Of a stretch of 24,173 nucleotides of DNA, positions 1 through 9,230 are shown in pieces. This DNA is from an uncultured Nitrososphaerota archaeon (GTDB lineage Archaea; Korarchaeota; Korarchaeia; Korarchaeales; Korarchaeaceae), in NCBI GenBank assembly GCA_964618805.1, contig CAZUBM010000024.1, forward strand, positions 1 to 24,173. The letters run 5' to 3'. Numbering within the stretch: position 1 is the first letter of the stretch; each line of letters opens with the position of its first letter. Made by a program: the position numbers and the translations under genes. Under the pieces are notes generated by a model. The model worked only from the letters and a program-made list of their open reading frames with translations, was not told the DNA's origin and did not search any database.

Positions 1-980
1 GCTGCATACGGTTTGTTAAGGGCTACACCCACTGTATAGTCATCAATAACATCAACCCTTTTTATGACTTCTGAGAATCTAGAATAGTCTACAGCTCCAA
101 CATCCTTGTTCATTATGGTCTCATATGTGAACTTAACATCCTCTGCTGTGAACGGAACCCCATCGTGCCATCTTATGTTTTCGTGCAAGTGGAAGACTAT
201 ATAAGTGTCGTTGATCCATTCCCAGCTCTTCGCCATATGAGGCTCCAACTCCCAGTTCTCCCCGTACCTTACTAGAGAATCATAGACGGGGTCCCCGACA
301 GCTCGTACAGAATATCCTGTTTGCATAAATATTGGATTAAGATTGTCAGCATCGCTTGGCTGAACGTATCTTACCACGTCCTTTCCAGGTATCTCCCACT
401 CATTGCAGCCATCTGTATCATAGTATGGACTAAAGCCCTTGACATCTGCAGAAAGCAGGAAGGTGTTAACAACCCTCCAATATGGGATCACGGGCAATTC
501 GTAATAGAGAATTTCTGATGCTTTCAAGTATATCTTCTCCCTCTCCGCTGGATCAATGGTTTTGTCTCCTTCGTCAAGTAACTTGTCAAAAACACCGTTA
601 GAGAAATTGAAAATATTGAGGCCGCCCTCAGAGTGGAAAAACGTCCTCATTCCTGTTGGATCAAATCCATAACCAGTTTGGACTAAGAAGAGGTCGTATC
701 CACCTTCTTCCCAAGTTTTAGGCGCGCCCCTTGCTCTGTCCAACCATTCACTAAAGTCAATAATATGTAACTCTAACTTTATGCCTATCTTAGGAAATTC
801 GCTGGTCAATACCTCTCCTACGTTCTGTCTGATTATATTTCCCTTCGGAACCATTAAGTGAAGAGTGAAGAAATATCTTTCCTCCTGCTGAGCTCTGAGC
901 CTAAGCGTCGAAGCAATAGGCATTAATGTTAGGAGAAGAAGTGCTGAAAACAACAATACAGCCTTTTTGAATTTATTCAT
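1..980 (-). CDS. dppA: ABC transporter substrate-binding protein, family 5 (DppA/OppA-like), apparently circularly permuted; 3' end runs off the window
   Basis: Hand-translated open frame from ATG at 980 (GAGGTG RBS upstream) with no stop down to base 1. It has a signal peptide MNKFKKAVLLFSALLLLTLMPIAS and the family-5 signature region LEPHMAKSWE...FHLHENIRWHDGVPFTAEDVKFTYE. It lies next to dppBCDF. Absent from the ORF track because the stop is outside the window. Confidence 0.93.
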   Translation of the reverse strand, partial: MNKFKKAVLLFSALLLLTLMPIASTLRLRAQQEERYFFTLHLMVPKGNIIRQNVGEVLTSEFPKIGIKLELHIIDFSEWLDRARGAPKTWEEGGYDLFLVQTGYGFDPTGMRTFFHSEGGLNIFNFSNGVFDKLLDEGDKTIDPAEREKIYLKASEILYYELPVIPYWRVVNTFLLSADVKGFSPYYDTDGCNEWEIPGKDVVRYVQPSDADNLNPIFMQTGYSVRAVGDPVYDSLVRYGENWELEPHMAKSWEWINDTYIVFHLHENIRWHDGVPFTAEDVKFTYETIMNKDVGAVDYSRFSEVIKRVDVIDDYTVGVALNKPYA

Positions 981-1010
981 AATGTGCACCTCTATTGAGT
1001 AGAGCCAAGG

Positions 1011-1028
1011 CCTTTTTATAAGCTTTTC
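1011..1028 (-). promoter_or_regulatory. Archaeal BRE + TATA promoter for the substrate-binding protein gene
   Basis: Minus strand reads GAAAAG-CTTATAAAAAGG, a purine-rich BRE followed directly by a TATA box, 30-45 nt upstream of ATG 980. Confidence 0.65.
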
Positions 1029-1078
1029 TAGGGTTCTAGAACGTCTCGTATAGAATTTAATCTTCATGCCTTTTAAAT

Positions 1079-1930
1079 CTAAAAGAACTTTGTTCCTGCC
1101 TTCCTCATTAGGGACAGGAATATAGGTAGAAAGGCAATAAAGAGAAGAACATAGAGCCAGCTTGGTGGCTTGGTGTAGATCAGCTCATATCTTCCCTCAA
1201 TTACCTGAAGCTCTTTTAGCGATCCACCCTTATCTCCAACCCACAAAGAATCACCAATCCAACAGATTCCTGTAGGAAGTCTTCCAGGAGAATAGAAGGT
1301 TTCTAGCACTTTTCCGTTCGTAGGATCAATTTTCTTTATTCTCATGTCGGAAGTAGCGACCCACAAAAAGCCTTCCTTGAAATCCAGCCCAAAGACCCCT
1401 GAAAACCTAATGGTCCTTATAACTCTCTTGGAGCTCAAATTTATTTCGAAAATCTTCATCTGATCTAGAGAGCTTAACCACAACTTCTCGCCTGATATTG
1501 TTATTCCTGAAGGGTAGGTCCAGTTTCCTTTAATTGCATCGATCAAGGTATGATTTAACAAACTAAAACAGTAGAGATTCCCTGTACTCACATCCGCGAT
1601 CCATAAATTGCCTTCGGAATATGCAAGACCCCAAGGAGATTCTACTGGCGACTTCATAGAAAGATCTATTTCTTCGCTCCTCAAATTAAACCTCGATATC
1701 GTTCCATTACTTGGGAAGCTTATCCATATATATTCATCTGACTCCCTCGTTATTCCATGAGGACCATGTTCAAAGAAGAAACTTCTCTTCTCTTCCAGAA
1801 TTTCTCTCGAAATAGGCCTTTTTACCACGAATAAACCCAAATAAAATGATAGACATATAAGCCCAAATATTGTAAGAATGAGAATTGATGCCTTTATTTC
1901 TGCTGAGTATTTTGAGTATTTGCTATTCAT
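1079..1930 (-). CDS. Membrane-anchored beta-propeller repeat protein (NHL/YncE/glutaminyl-cyclase-like fold), function unknown
   Basis: Five repeats of type P-x-G-[IL]-x5-7-[LI]-W (GPHGIT..IWIS, SPWGLA..LWIAD, YPSGIT..LWLSS, GVFGLD..LWVAT, LPTGIC..LWVGD) between N- and C-terminal hydrophobic helices. Likely start is ATG 1930 with a GGTGAG RBS just after the dppF stop; the ORF-track start at 1993 overlaps dppF. Confidence 0.75.
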   Translation of the reverse strand: MNSKYSKYSAEIKASILILTIFGLICLSFYLGLFVVKRPISREILEEKRSFFFEHGPHGITRESDEYIWISFPSNGTISRFNLRSEEIDLSMKSPVESPWGLAYSEGNLWIADVSTGNLYCFSLLNHTLIDAIKGNWTYPSGITISGEKLWLSSLDQMKIFEINLSSKRVIRTIRFSGVFGLDFKEGFLWVATSDMRIKKIDPTNGKVLETFYSPGRLPTGICWIGDSLWVGDKGGSLKELQVIEGRYELIYTKPPSWLYVLLFIAFLPIFLSLMRKAGTKFF

Positions 1931-1946
1931 GTGCTCACCATGAGCA

Positions 1947-2927
1947 CTATCTACGAGTGATAAGATGACAGGCAACAAAATGCCCATCTTCAATTTCTAC
2001 AAGCTGAGGACTTTCTTTTTTACAAACTTCAGTGGCATACTCACATCTAGTGCGAAATCTGCAACCAGATGGGGGATTTATGGGACTAGGCAATGTTCCC
2101 TTAAGCGGAGCCGTCTTCATTTTCCTCTCAGGATCGGGTAATGGTATGGAAGATATAAGCCCTTTTGTATAGGGATGCATTGGATTTTCAAACAGAGACC
2201 TTTTATCAGCAATCTCCATTATTTTTCCCAAATACATGACCCCTATTTTATGTGAAATGAACCTAATAACGCTCATTTCATGACTTATCACTAGGTATGA
2301 CAAGTTATACTTTTGCTGAAGGGATTTCATGAGATTAAGTATCTTGGCCTTAATTGAAACATCAAGAGAGGATACTGGCTCATCAGCCACTATTAGCTTG
2401 GGTTTCAGGATAAGAGCTCTGGCGATGCTTATCCTCTGTCTCTGTCCTCCACTAAATTCTGCAGGATACCTATAGTAATGTAGTGGTGAGAGACCCACCT
2501 CTCTTAGCATCCTTATGACCTCTGATCGTATCTCTCTGGAAGTTAAGTCTGTGTGAAGCTCAAGGGGCTCTCCAATTGACTTACCTATAATTATTCTTGG
2601 ATTAAGAGAGGTGTATGGATCTTGGAATATCATCTGTACGTTTCTCTTAAAGTTCTTTAGATCTCTTCTGTTCATTTTTAAGACGTTTTTTCCATTGAAC
2701 TCTATTTCACCGGAGTCCGGCCTTTCAAGGAGGACTATACACCTTGCGGTGGTTGTTTTTCCACTACCTGTCTCTCCTACCAACCCAAAGCACTCACCTG
2801 GCTTGATTTCAAAGCTGACATCATCTACGGCTTTTATGTCACCTTTTTTCCTCGGAATAAGGCCTAAAACATATTTTTTCACGGGAAAATATTTCTTTAA
2901 GTGATTTACCCTTAGTAAAACGTCCAT
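1947..2927 (-). CDS. dppF: Oligopeptide/dipeptide ABC transporter ATP-binding protein
   Basis: Walker A GETGSGKT, signature FSGGQRQR, Walker B IVADEP, and C-terminal HPY domain with four Cys (GCRFRTRC..C..VAC). Confidence 0.95.
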   Translation of the reverse strand: MDVLLRVNHLKKYFPVKKYVLGLIPRKKGDIKAVDDVSFEIKPGECFGLVGETGSGKTTTARCIVLLERPDSGEIEFNGKNVLKMNRRDLKNFKRNVQMIFQDPYTSLNPRIIIGKSIGEPLELHTDLTSREIRSEVIRMLREVGLSPLHYYRYPAEFSGGQRQRISIARALILKPKLIVADEPVSSLDVSIKAKILNLMKSLQQKYNLSYLVISHEMSVIRFISHKIGVMYLGKIMEIADKRSLFENPMHPYTKGLISSIPLPDPERKMKTAPLKGTLPSPINPPSGCRFRTRCEYATEVCKKESPQLVEIEDGHFVACHLITRR

Positions 2928-3917
2928 TTAATCACCCTTTTCATACAGAAAACAGGCCACTTTCCTTTCTTCTGCTACCTTGATTAATCTAGGATCGCTT
3001 TTAGTACAAATTTCGGTAGCATACTCACATCTTGGATGAAATCTACATCCCTTTGGTGGATTTATAAGGCTTGGAACTTCACCTTTTATCTCCTTTAAAA
3101 CCTCAACATCCTTGTGCGGAGGAGGAATTGCCCCCAGCAGGGCCTTAGAATAGGGGTGAAGGGGATTCCTGTAAAACTCTTCAACAGGCCCTATCTCAAC
3201 AATTTTTCCGGCATACATGACAGCTACCCTATCAGCAAGCTGCGCAGTAACGCCTAGATCATGTGTAACTAAGAGTATGGACGCCCCAAGTTTTTCCTTT
3301 AGCTCTTTGAGGAGAAGAAGTATTTGTGCTTGAATCGTAACATCAAGATTTGATGTCGGCTCATCTGCTATTAGCAGGTCTGGATTACATGATAAAGCCA
3401 ATGCAATCATAGCCCTCTGCCTCATGCCGGCGCTGTATTGGTGAGGATAGCTGTGGGCCATGTCCTCCGGAGAAGGTATCTTGACGAGACTTAGAGCCTC
3501 ATAAGACTTATCCCATGCATCTTTTCCTTTTAACATTTGATGTATTGTTATAGCCTCAACTATCTGGTCTCCTATCCTGAAAACTGGGTTTAAGCTCGAA
3601 GTTGGATCCTGAAAAACTATAGCGACCTTGCTACCTCTGAATTGCTGGATCTGTTTTGCATCATACTTTAGAATGTCTTCTTTACCCTTGTAAAGTATTT
3701 TTCCGCCAACTATCTTGCCTGGTCTTTGAACTAGTCTGCAAAGGGCTAAACTTAAAGTGGATTTGCCACAACCCGATTCTCCAACAAGGCTTAGAGTCTC
3801 TCCCTTAAATATTTTCAAGGAAACATCGTCGACTGCCCTAACTATGCCATCAAGCGTGTAATAATAAACCTTAAGGTTTCTAACATCAAAAAGAACTTCT
3901 TTTTCTTCCTTATTCAT
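2928..3917 (-). CDS. dppD: Oligopeptide/dipeptide ABC transporter ATP-binding protein
   Basis: Walker A GESGCGKS, IVFQDP, YSAGMRQR, IADEPT, HPY domain with GCRFHPRC. Start is ATG 3917 or TTG 3926. Confidence 0.95.
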   Translation of the reverse strand: MNKEEKEVLFDVRNLKVYYYTLDGIVRAVDDVSLKIFKGETLSLVGESGCGKSTLSLALCRLVQRPGKIVGGKILYKGKEDILKYDAKQIQQFRGSKVAIVFQDPTSSLNPVFRIGDQIVEAITIHQMLKGKDAWDKSYEALSLVKIPSPEDMAHSYPHQYSAGMRQRAMIALALSCNPDLLIADEPTSNLDVTIQAQILLLLKELKEKLGASILLVTHDLGVTAQLADRVAVMYAGKIVEIGPVEEFYRNPLHPYSKALLGAIPPPHKDVEVLKEIKGEVPSLINPPKGCRFHPRCEYATEICTKSDPRLIKVAEERKVACFLYEKGD

Positions 3918-3918
3918 C

Positions 3919-4797
3919 TCAATCAACTCTTTCTACCTCAAAAGCATCCCTTATTGCATCTCCGAGTAAATTAAACCCTAAAACTGCAAAAAGAATTGCT
4001 ATCCCAGGAAATGTTGATTCCCACCAAGCGGTCGCCACAGAAACACGCCCTTGCGTAATTATTTTCCCCCAAGAAATGAGAGTTGGATCTCCAAGACCAA
4101 GGAAGCTGAGGCCTGCTTCCATTAATATTGCTCCTGCCATTTGAAAAGTTAGAACGACTATTATAGGAGGTAGTGCATTTGGCAGTATGTGTTTAAACAT
4201 GATTCTGAAAGAGCTTCCACCCATTACCTGAACAGCCTCTACATATGGGGTTTTCTTCAATGAGAGAAATTGACTCCTCGTTATCCTCGCAAGACCAGGC
4301 CATCCAGTAATCCCTATCGCAAAAATTATGATATTTATCCCTCTAACTTCAAACATAGATAGAAAGACGATTATCAGGAACAATGTAGGAATTGTTAGCA
4401 TGATGTCAGTGAATCTCATCAAGATCTCATCTATCCACTTGCCAAAGTAACCAGCGAGGCTACCAATTAGGACTCCGAATAAGAAAATAAGTCCGATAGA
4501 TCCAAGTCCGACTTTCATTGAGGTCCTTGCCCCATAGAAGATCAATGCCAACATATCACGTCCTAAATTGTCCGTTCCCAAGGGAACGCTCCAGTCCTTG
4601 AAAGGTGGCGTGTACCTCATTTCAAGACGAGGATTAGGATACGGAAATATTATTGACGCGCTTGCTGCCATGAAAACTAACGAGATAACTATTGCTGCTC
4701 CAAATATTCCCAGGTAGTTCCTTCTAAACCTTTTAAGGAATCTCCATATGTAGCTCCTTCCTTTTATTATTTCCTTTTCCCTCTTCTCCTCTTTCAT
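3919..4797 (-). CDS. dppC: Oligopeptide/dipeptide ABC transporter permease
   Basis: PLGTDNLGRD, EAA-like loop YVEAVQVMGGS, KHILPN, EAGLSFLGLG, FNLLGDAIRD; GGGTGA RBS upstream. Confidence 0.95.
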   Translation of the reverse strand: MKEEKREKEIIKGRSYIWRFLKRFRRNYLGIFGAAIVISLVFMAASASIIFPYPNPRLEMRYTPPFKDWSVPLGTDNLGRDMLALIFYGARTSMKVGLGSIGLIFLFGVLIGSLAGYFGKWIDEILMRFTDIMLTIPTLFLIIVFLSMFEVRGINIIIFAIGITGWPGLARITRSQFLSLKKTPYVEAVQVMGGSSFRIMFKHILPNALPPIIVVLTFQMAGAILMEAGLSFLGLGDPTLISWGKIITQGRVSVATAWWESTFPGIAILFAVLGFNLLGDAIRDAFEVERVD

Positions 4798-4806
4798 CCA
4801 ATCACC

Positions 4807-5784
4807 CTAGTCATAGGTGATACGAGGGTCTAGGAAGGCGTAAATAATGTCAGTTATTAGATTGGCCAATACAACCATGACAGCAGTCATCATCGTTGTT
4901 CCCATTATTACTGGATAGTCCCTCGTGAAAGTGGCATCTACAATTAACCTTCCCATGCCAGGCCAAGCGAATACTGTCTCAATTAAGACAGCACCAGATA
5001 ACAGAAAACCAAAAGCGAGTCCTATAGCCGTAACAAATGGGAGCAAAGCATTTCTAAGTGCGTGCTTATAAATTACTACTCTCTCTTTTAGTCCCTTCAT
5101 CCTTGCAGTCATTATGTAGTCCTTTGACAACACTTCCAGCAGGCTTGATCTAAGCAATCTAGTCAAGTAAGCTGTCCTAAGGTATCCAAGGGTCATTGCA
5201 GGAAGTATGAGATGATATATCTGATCCTTAAGTGATTCCCAAAATGAGCCGTAGATAGCTCCTGTTGTAGCAGATCCGCACGTAGGCAACAGGCCTAATT
5301 TTACAGAGAAAAGAAGGATTAAGAGTATTCCCAACCAAAAACTGGGCATCGAGACTCCAAGGAGAGAAATTACTCTAGAAACGTTGTCTACAATTCCTCC
5401 TTCCTTGACAGCCGAGATCGTACCTAAGGGTATAGCCAACAAAATGGCAATTAGTTCGGCTGTTAGGACAAGTTTTATCGTGTTTGGAATTCTTATCATT
5501 ATTGCATCGCTTACAGCTCTGTGAGTTATGAACGAATATCCCATGCTGCCTGAGATAAGCATCTTAAGCCACGAAACATATTGAACCAAGATAGGATCGT
5601 TTAAGTGATACTTTTCCCTTAGGAATTCGATGGTCTCGATGGAAACTCGTGGGTTAAAACCCAAAAAGAACTGAAATGGATCCCCGGGTGCTGCATGAAT
5701 TATCGTGAACACTATTATTGAAATTGCAAACAGAGTAGGTAAGGCAATGAAGCTTCTCCTTACTACGTAATCTTTCAAGGCCAT
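4807..5784 (-). CDS. dppB: Oligopeptide/dipeptide ABC transporter permease
   Basis: APGDP, SMPSFWLG, DYIMTARMKGL, KHALRNA, ETVFAWPGMG, RDYPV, YAFLDPRI. Start is ATG 5784 or TTG 5790. Confidence 0.95.
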   Translation of the reverse strand: MALKDYVVRRSFIALPTLFAISIIVFTIIHAAPGDPFQFFLGFNPRVSIETIEFLREKYHLNDPILVQYVSWLKMLISGSMGYSFITHRAVSDAIMIRIPNTIKLVLTAELIAILLAIPLGTISAVKEGGIVDNVSRVISLLGVSMPSFWLGILLILLFSVKLGLLPTCGSATTGAIYGSFWESLKDQIYHLILPAMTLGYLRTAYLTRLLRSSLLEVLSKDYIMTARMKGLKERVVIYKHALRNALLPFVTAIGLAFGFLLSGAVLIETVFAWPGMGRLIVDATFTRDYPVIMGTTMMTAVMVVLANLITDIIYAFLDPRITYD

Positions 5785-5869
5785 TATCAAGAGAGCATTT
5801 TCAAATAAATAAAAAAATAACTATTCTGGCTTTTCTTATACATTTGAAAGGGAGCGATCCGTAAATCGC

Positions 5870-6097
5870 CTATTTTCTTATTATCCTGTAAAGGTAATAT
5901 CCCAGGGGGAGGAGCAGGATCCCAATGATAATCCATAGGATCGAATCTCTCAAGCTTTCTCCTTTAAGGTAGTTCATTACTGTAAACAATATACCCACCG
6001 ACAAGCTTAATACAGCGGTTAACAATACTAGGTGAAATCCAAGGAAAATCGCTAGAGTTATAAGTAGAGCGTATATATCCTTTCTCTCCAATTTCAT
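5870..6097 (-). CDS. Small integral membrane protein, unknown function
   Basis: 75 aa from ATG 6097 (81 aa from TTG 6115) with about three hydrophobic segments and basic termini; fills the gap between dppB and the peptidase without overlap. Confidence 0.6.
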   Translation of the reverse strand: MKLERKDIYALLITLAIFLGFHLVLLTAVLSLSVGILFTVMNYLKGESLRDSILWIIIGILLLPLGYYLYRIIRK

Positions 6098-6161
6098 TTG
6101 AGACAGGTAACTCAACCAAATACTTTTATTTTAGACTTTACATTCGAGATCAGATGTTTAA

Positions 6162-7553
6162 ATGGGTTTAGGAAATCTTCTGGAGGATATCTTCAAAAAT
6201 GTTCCAGATTATAAGCACTTTATGACTGTTGACGAACTTAATGAGTCCTCAAAGAGCCTTGCCGAAGAATACAAGGAAGTCGTACAATTAAAGGAAATAG
6301 GTAAATCTAGAGATGGAAAACCCATTTTTTCTTTAAAAATAGGGAATGGAGGGTTGAACGCTGTCCTTTTTGCATTTCCTCATCCCAATGAACCAGTTGG
6401 TAGCATGATGTTGGAGTACTTATCAAATGTGTATGCACAAAACGAGGAATTGAGGAAAAACATGGGCTTCACCCTTCATATCGTTAAGGTATCGGATCCT
6501 GATGGGGCTAAACTTAACGAAAACTGGTTTAAGGGACCATTTACCCCTCTGAACTATGCCTTAAACTATTACAGACCAGCTGGAAATCAGCAGGTTGAAT
6601 GGACCTTTCCGATAAAGTACAAGAACTTGAATTTTAACAAACCGATTCCCGAAACAAAAGCATTAATGAAATTAATAGATGAAACTAAGCCTGATTTCAT
6701 CTACTCTCTTCATAATGCTGGTTTCGGTGGAGTCTACTATTACCTAAGTCATGACATACCCCTTCTCTATCCAATTTACCAATACATAGCCCTCAAACAA
6801 GAATTACCTCTAAGCCTCGGAGAACCAGAGATGCCATATGCGATCAAGTTTGCCGATGCTGTGTATTCTCTACCAAGCACAAAAGAAAGATATGATTATT
6901 TAGAGAAGCATTCAGAAAAAGATCCTGCAGAGATAATAAAAAGTGGGACATCTAGCGTGGATTATGCGAAAAGGGTCAATCCTAACGTATGTGAGCTTGT
7001 TTGCGAAGTTCCATACTATTACGATCCAAGGATCAATAATCTCTCAGAATCTGATGTTATTAGAAAGGATGCTATACTATCAAAACTCGATTTTAGAGAA
7101 GACCTCTACAAATTCTTGTATGACAGATTCAAAGGAATACACAATCTCCTGACGAGACCATCTAGGTTCAAGGAATCGATAGAATATTTCCTTGAGGTAG
7201 GGCTAGAATCCATAAAAGCCGAAAGAAATTGGGCAAAGAATAATCCGGAGTTAGAGAGGCCTGCAACAGTAGCTGAGAAGTTTGACAACGAATTGGTCAG
7301 CAAGTTCTACTCCATGCTAATTACTGGCCTTTTCTTGAGGATGATAACTTACCAATTAGAGCTAGGTTTTGACAAAAGGCTATCAGATTTGGCAGAAAAG
7401 GTAAAAGAGAGGCTTTCAGAATTAGATGAGATCGTTGAAAGGGAAATGAATTACAGCGTAATTCCCATAAAAAAGCTCGTCACCGTTCAACTAGCTGCTG
7501 GTCTATATACGATGCTTTACGTCAAGGAAATTAGACGCAAGTATCAATCTTAA
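6162..7553 (+). CDS. M14 family zinc carboxypeptidase-like protein
   Basis: IGKSRDG, HxxE zinc motif FPHPNEPVG, DPDG, third ligand YSLHN, and CEVPY (candidate catalytic Glu). No signal peptide. Confidence 0.85.
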   Translation: MGLGNLLEDIFKNVPDYKHFMTVDELNESSKSLAEEYKEVVQLKEIGKSRDGKPIFSLKIGNGGLNAVLFAFPHPNEPVGSMMLEYLSNVYAQNEELRKNMGFTLHIVKVSDPDGAKLNENWFKGPFTPLNYALNYYRPAGNQQVEWTFPIKYKNLNFNKPIPETKALMKLIDETKPDFIYSLHNAGFGGVYYYLSHDIPLLYPIYQYIALKQELPLSLGEPEMPYAIKFADAVYSLPSTKERYDYLEKHSEKDPAEIIKSGTSSVDYAKRVNPNVCELVCEVPYYYDPRINNLSESDVIRKDAILSKLDFREDLYKFLYDRFKGIHNLLTRPSRFKESIEYFLEVGLESIKAERNWAKNNPELERPATVAEKFDNELVSKFYSMLITGLFLRMITYQLELGFDKRLSDLAEKVKERLSELDEIVEREMNYSVIPIKKLVTVQLAAGLYTMLYVKEIRRKYQS

Positions 7554-7701
7554 GGCTTTAATAGAGACAGATTAATTTTTCTTTATGCTTAGTTTTGGAA
7601 ATTAAAATATAGCATTATTGTTTGGCTCTGAATAAACATCAATAAGATAAGTGTAAAAAAGAGGTTAGATTTGCATTTCTATTTTCTTCTGCTGGAATTA
7701 G

Positions 7702-9075
7702 CTATCTACAGTAGTACTTTGCCGCTAAGTAGAGAGCATGAGCCGCCAAAACCGCCCTTTCTGGAGAAGAAAAAACTGGTATCCCCTTTTTCTGAAGTCT
7801 GCTCGATTGCTTTTTAGTATATGATCCTCCAGAGGCTACGGCTAAAATTGGTTTGCCATATTCTTTCATCCTTGGAACTATGTCGACGATCTCCTCTTCT
7901 AATGGAGTATCTTGAAAGACGAAGAACACTATTAGGATATCAACACACATATCTTCGAGCAAAGATCTCATAGAAACCTCGTAATCCTTGGCAGTCGCGC
8001 TACCTGTTAAGTCGACTGGATTTCTAACTATAGCATAGGGAGGCAATCTCCTCCTTAATTCTCTCTTCGTCCTCTCTGAATATTCAGCAAGCTTCAATCC
8101 TCTCTTAATTATTTCGTCTGTTGCCATCACGCATGGACCAGCTCCATTTGTTACCATAGCAATTCGAGGACCAGCAGCTAACGGGAGCATTGAAAGAGCC
8201 TTCGATACATCATATAGCTCTTCAAATGTTTTGACTTCAATAACACCACATTGTTTGAAAGCGGAGGAAATTATTTCATATGAGCCTGCGATTGATCCTG
8301 TATGAGAAACTGCAGCTTTCGATCCCTCTTCCGTTCTGCCAGACTTCAGTACAACAATGGGCTTTTTCCTAGACACTTCTCTACATGCCTTCATGAACTT
8401 TCTTCCATTTGAAATGCTCTCAGCATAAATTGCTATAACCTTAGTCTCAGGATCTTGCCCCAAATATCTTACTAAGTCTGCCTCATCCACATCTGCCCTA
8501 TTACCATAGCTAACAAATTTGCTGATTCCCACTCCATCCTCCGCAGCCCACTCCAAAAAAGCACAGCCAAAAGTTCCGCTTTGAGTGAGAAATGCTATAC
8601 CTCCCTTGGGAGGTCTCAACATTCTCTCCCTAGATTGAAAGAAGGTATCTAGCCTGGTTTTTCCGTCAAAAATTCCTATGCAGTTAGGACCAATTACTCT
8701 CATTCCATACCTCCGAGCTATTTGAGCTATCGCTCTCTCCATCTCAGCCCCTTCTTGTCCTACTTCCTTAAAGCCTCCGGAGACTATAACCACCGCTTTA
8801 ATTCCCTTCTTCCCGCATTCTTCTACTACTTCAGGAACGATTCTTGGAGGGATAGAGAGAACTGCTAGGTCTACCTTTCCAGGGATTTCCAGTACGCTTT
8901 TGTAGCATTTGAGTCCTAAAATCTCATCAGCCCTTGGGTTTACGGGGTAAATATCTCCCTTGTACTCTCCCTTAACAAGACTTCTTAGTATTTCATGTCC
9001 TATTTTACCCGGTTTTGTTGATGCGCCAATTACAGCAACAGATCTGGCCTTAAAGAAATAGTCGAGGTTCTTCAT
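7702..9075 (-). CDS. acdA: Acetate/acyl-CoA ligase (ADP-forming), alpha subunit
   Basis: CoA-binding domain VAVIGAS...YPVNP, IGPNCIG, TQSG, SYGNRADV, phospho-His motif AVSHTGSIAG, TNGAG, NPVDLTG. No ATP-grasp domain. Start is ATG 9075 or 9105. Confidence 0.92.
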   Translation of the reverse strand: MKNLDYFFKARSVAVIGASTKPGKIGHEILRSLVKGEYKGDIYPVNPRADEILGLKCYKSVLEIPGKVDLAVLSIPPRIVPEVVEECGKKGIKAVVIVSGGFKEVGQEGAEMERAIAQIARRYGMRVIGPNCIGIFDGKTRLDTFFQSRERMLRPPKGGIAFLTQSGTFGCAFLEWAAEDGVGISKFVSYGNRADVDEADLVRYLGQDPETKVIAIYAESISNGRKFMKACREVSRKKPIVVLKSGRTEEGSKAAVSHTGSIAGSYEIISSAFKQCGVIEVKTFEELYDVSKALSMLPLAAGPRIAMVTNGAGPCVMATDEIIKRGLKLAEYSERTKRELRRRLPPYAIVRNPVDLTGSATAKDYEVSMRSLLEDMCVDILIVFFVFQDTPLEEEIVDIVPRMKEYGKPILAVASGGSYTKKQSSRLQKKGIPVFSSPERAVLAAHALYLAAKYYCR

Positions 9076-9230
9076 AGATTTTCCATCCAATAGGTTCTTT
9101 TTCATTTATCAAGTTGAGGAACATAGTTAAGTTGCCATCCTAGTAATAATCACGTATCATAATGGAATTTTGTCAGGAGCTGATCATCTTTTTTATCTAC
9201 TGCCCTCATACCTTAATAGGTGAGAAGACA

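Noticed and set aside
321-518. 65-aa plus-strand ORF from the track
   Set aside because: Antisense to the substrate-binding protein gene, with no motif.
1033-1042. 10-bp palindrome GTTCTAGAAC just upstream of the binding-protein promoter
   Set aside because: Position suits an activator site, but palindromes this short are expected by chance many times in 24 kb.
2034-3050. Short direct repeat GCATACTCACATCT near 2035 and 3020
   Set aside because: Encodes the shared RCEYA motif of the paralogous DppF and DppD C-termini; not an independent repeat.
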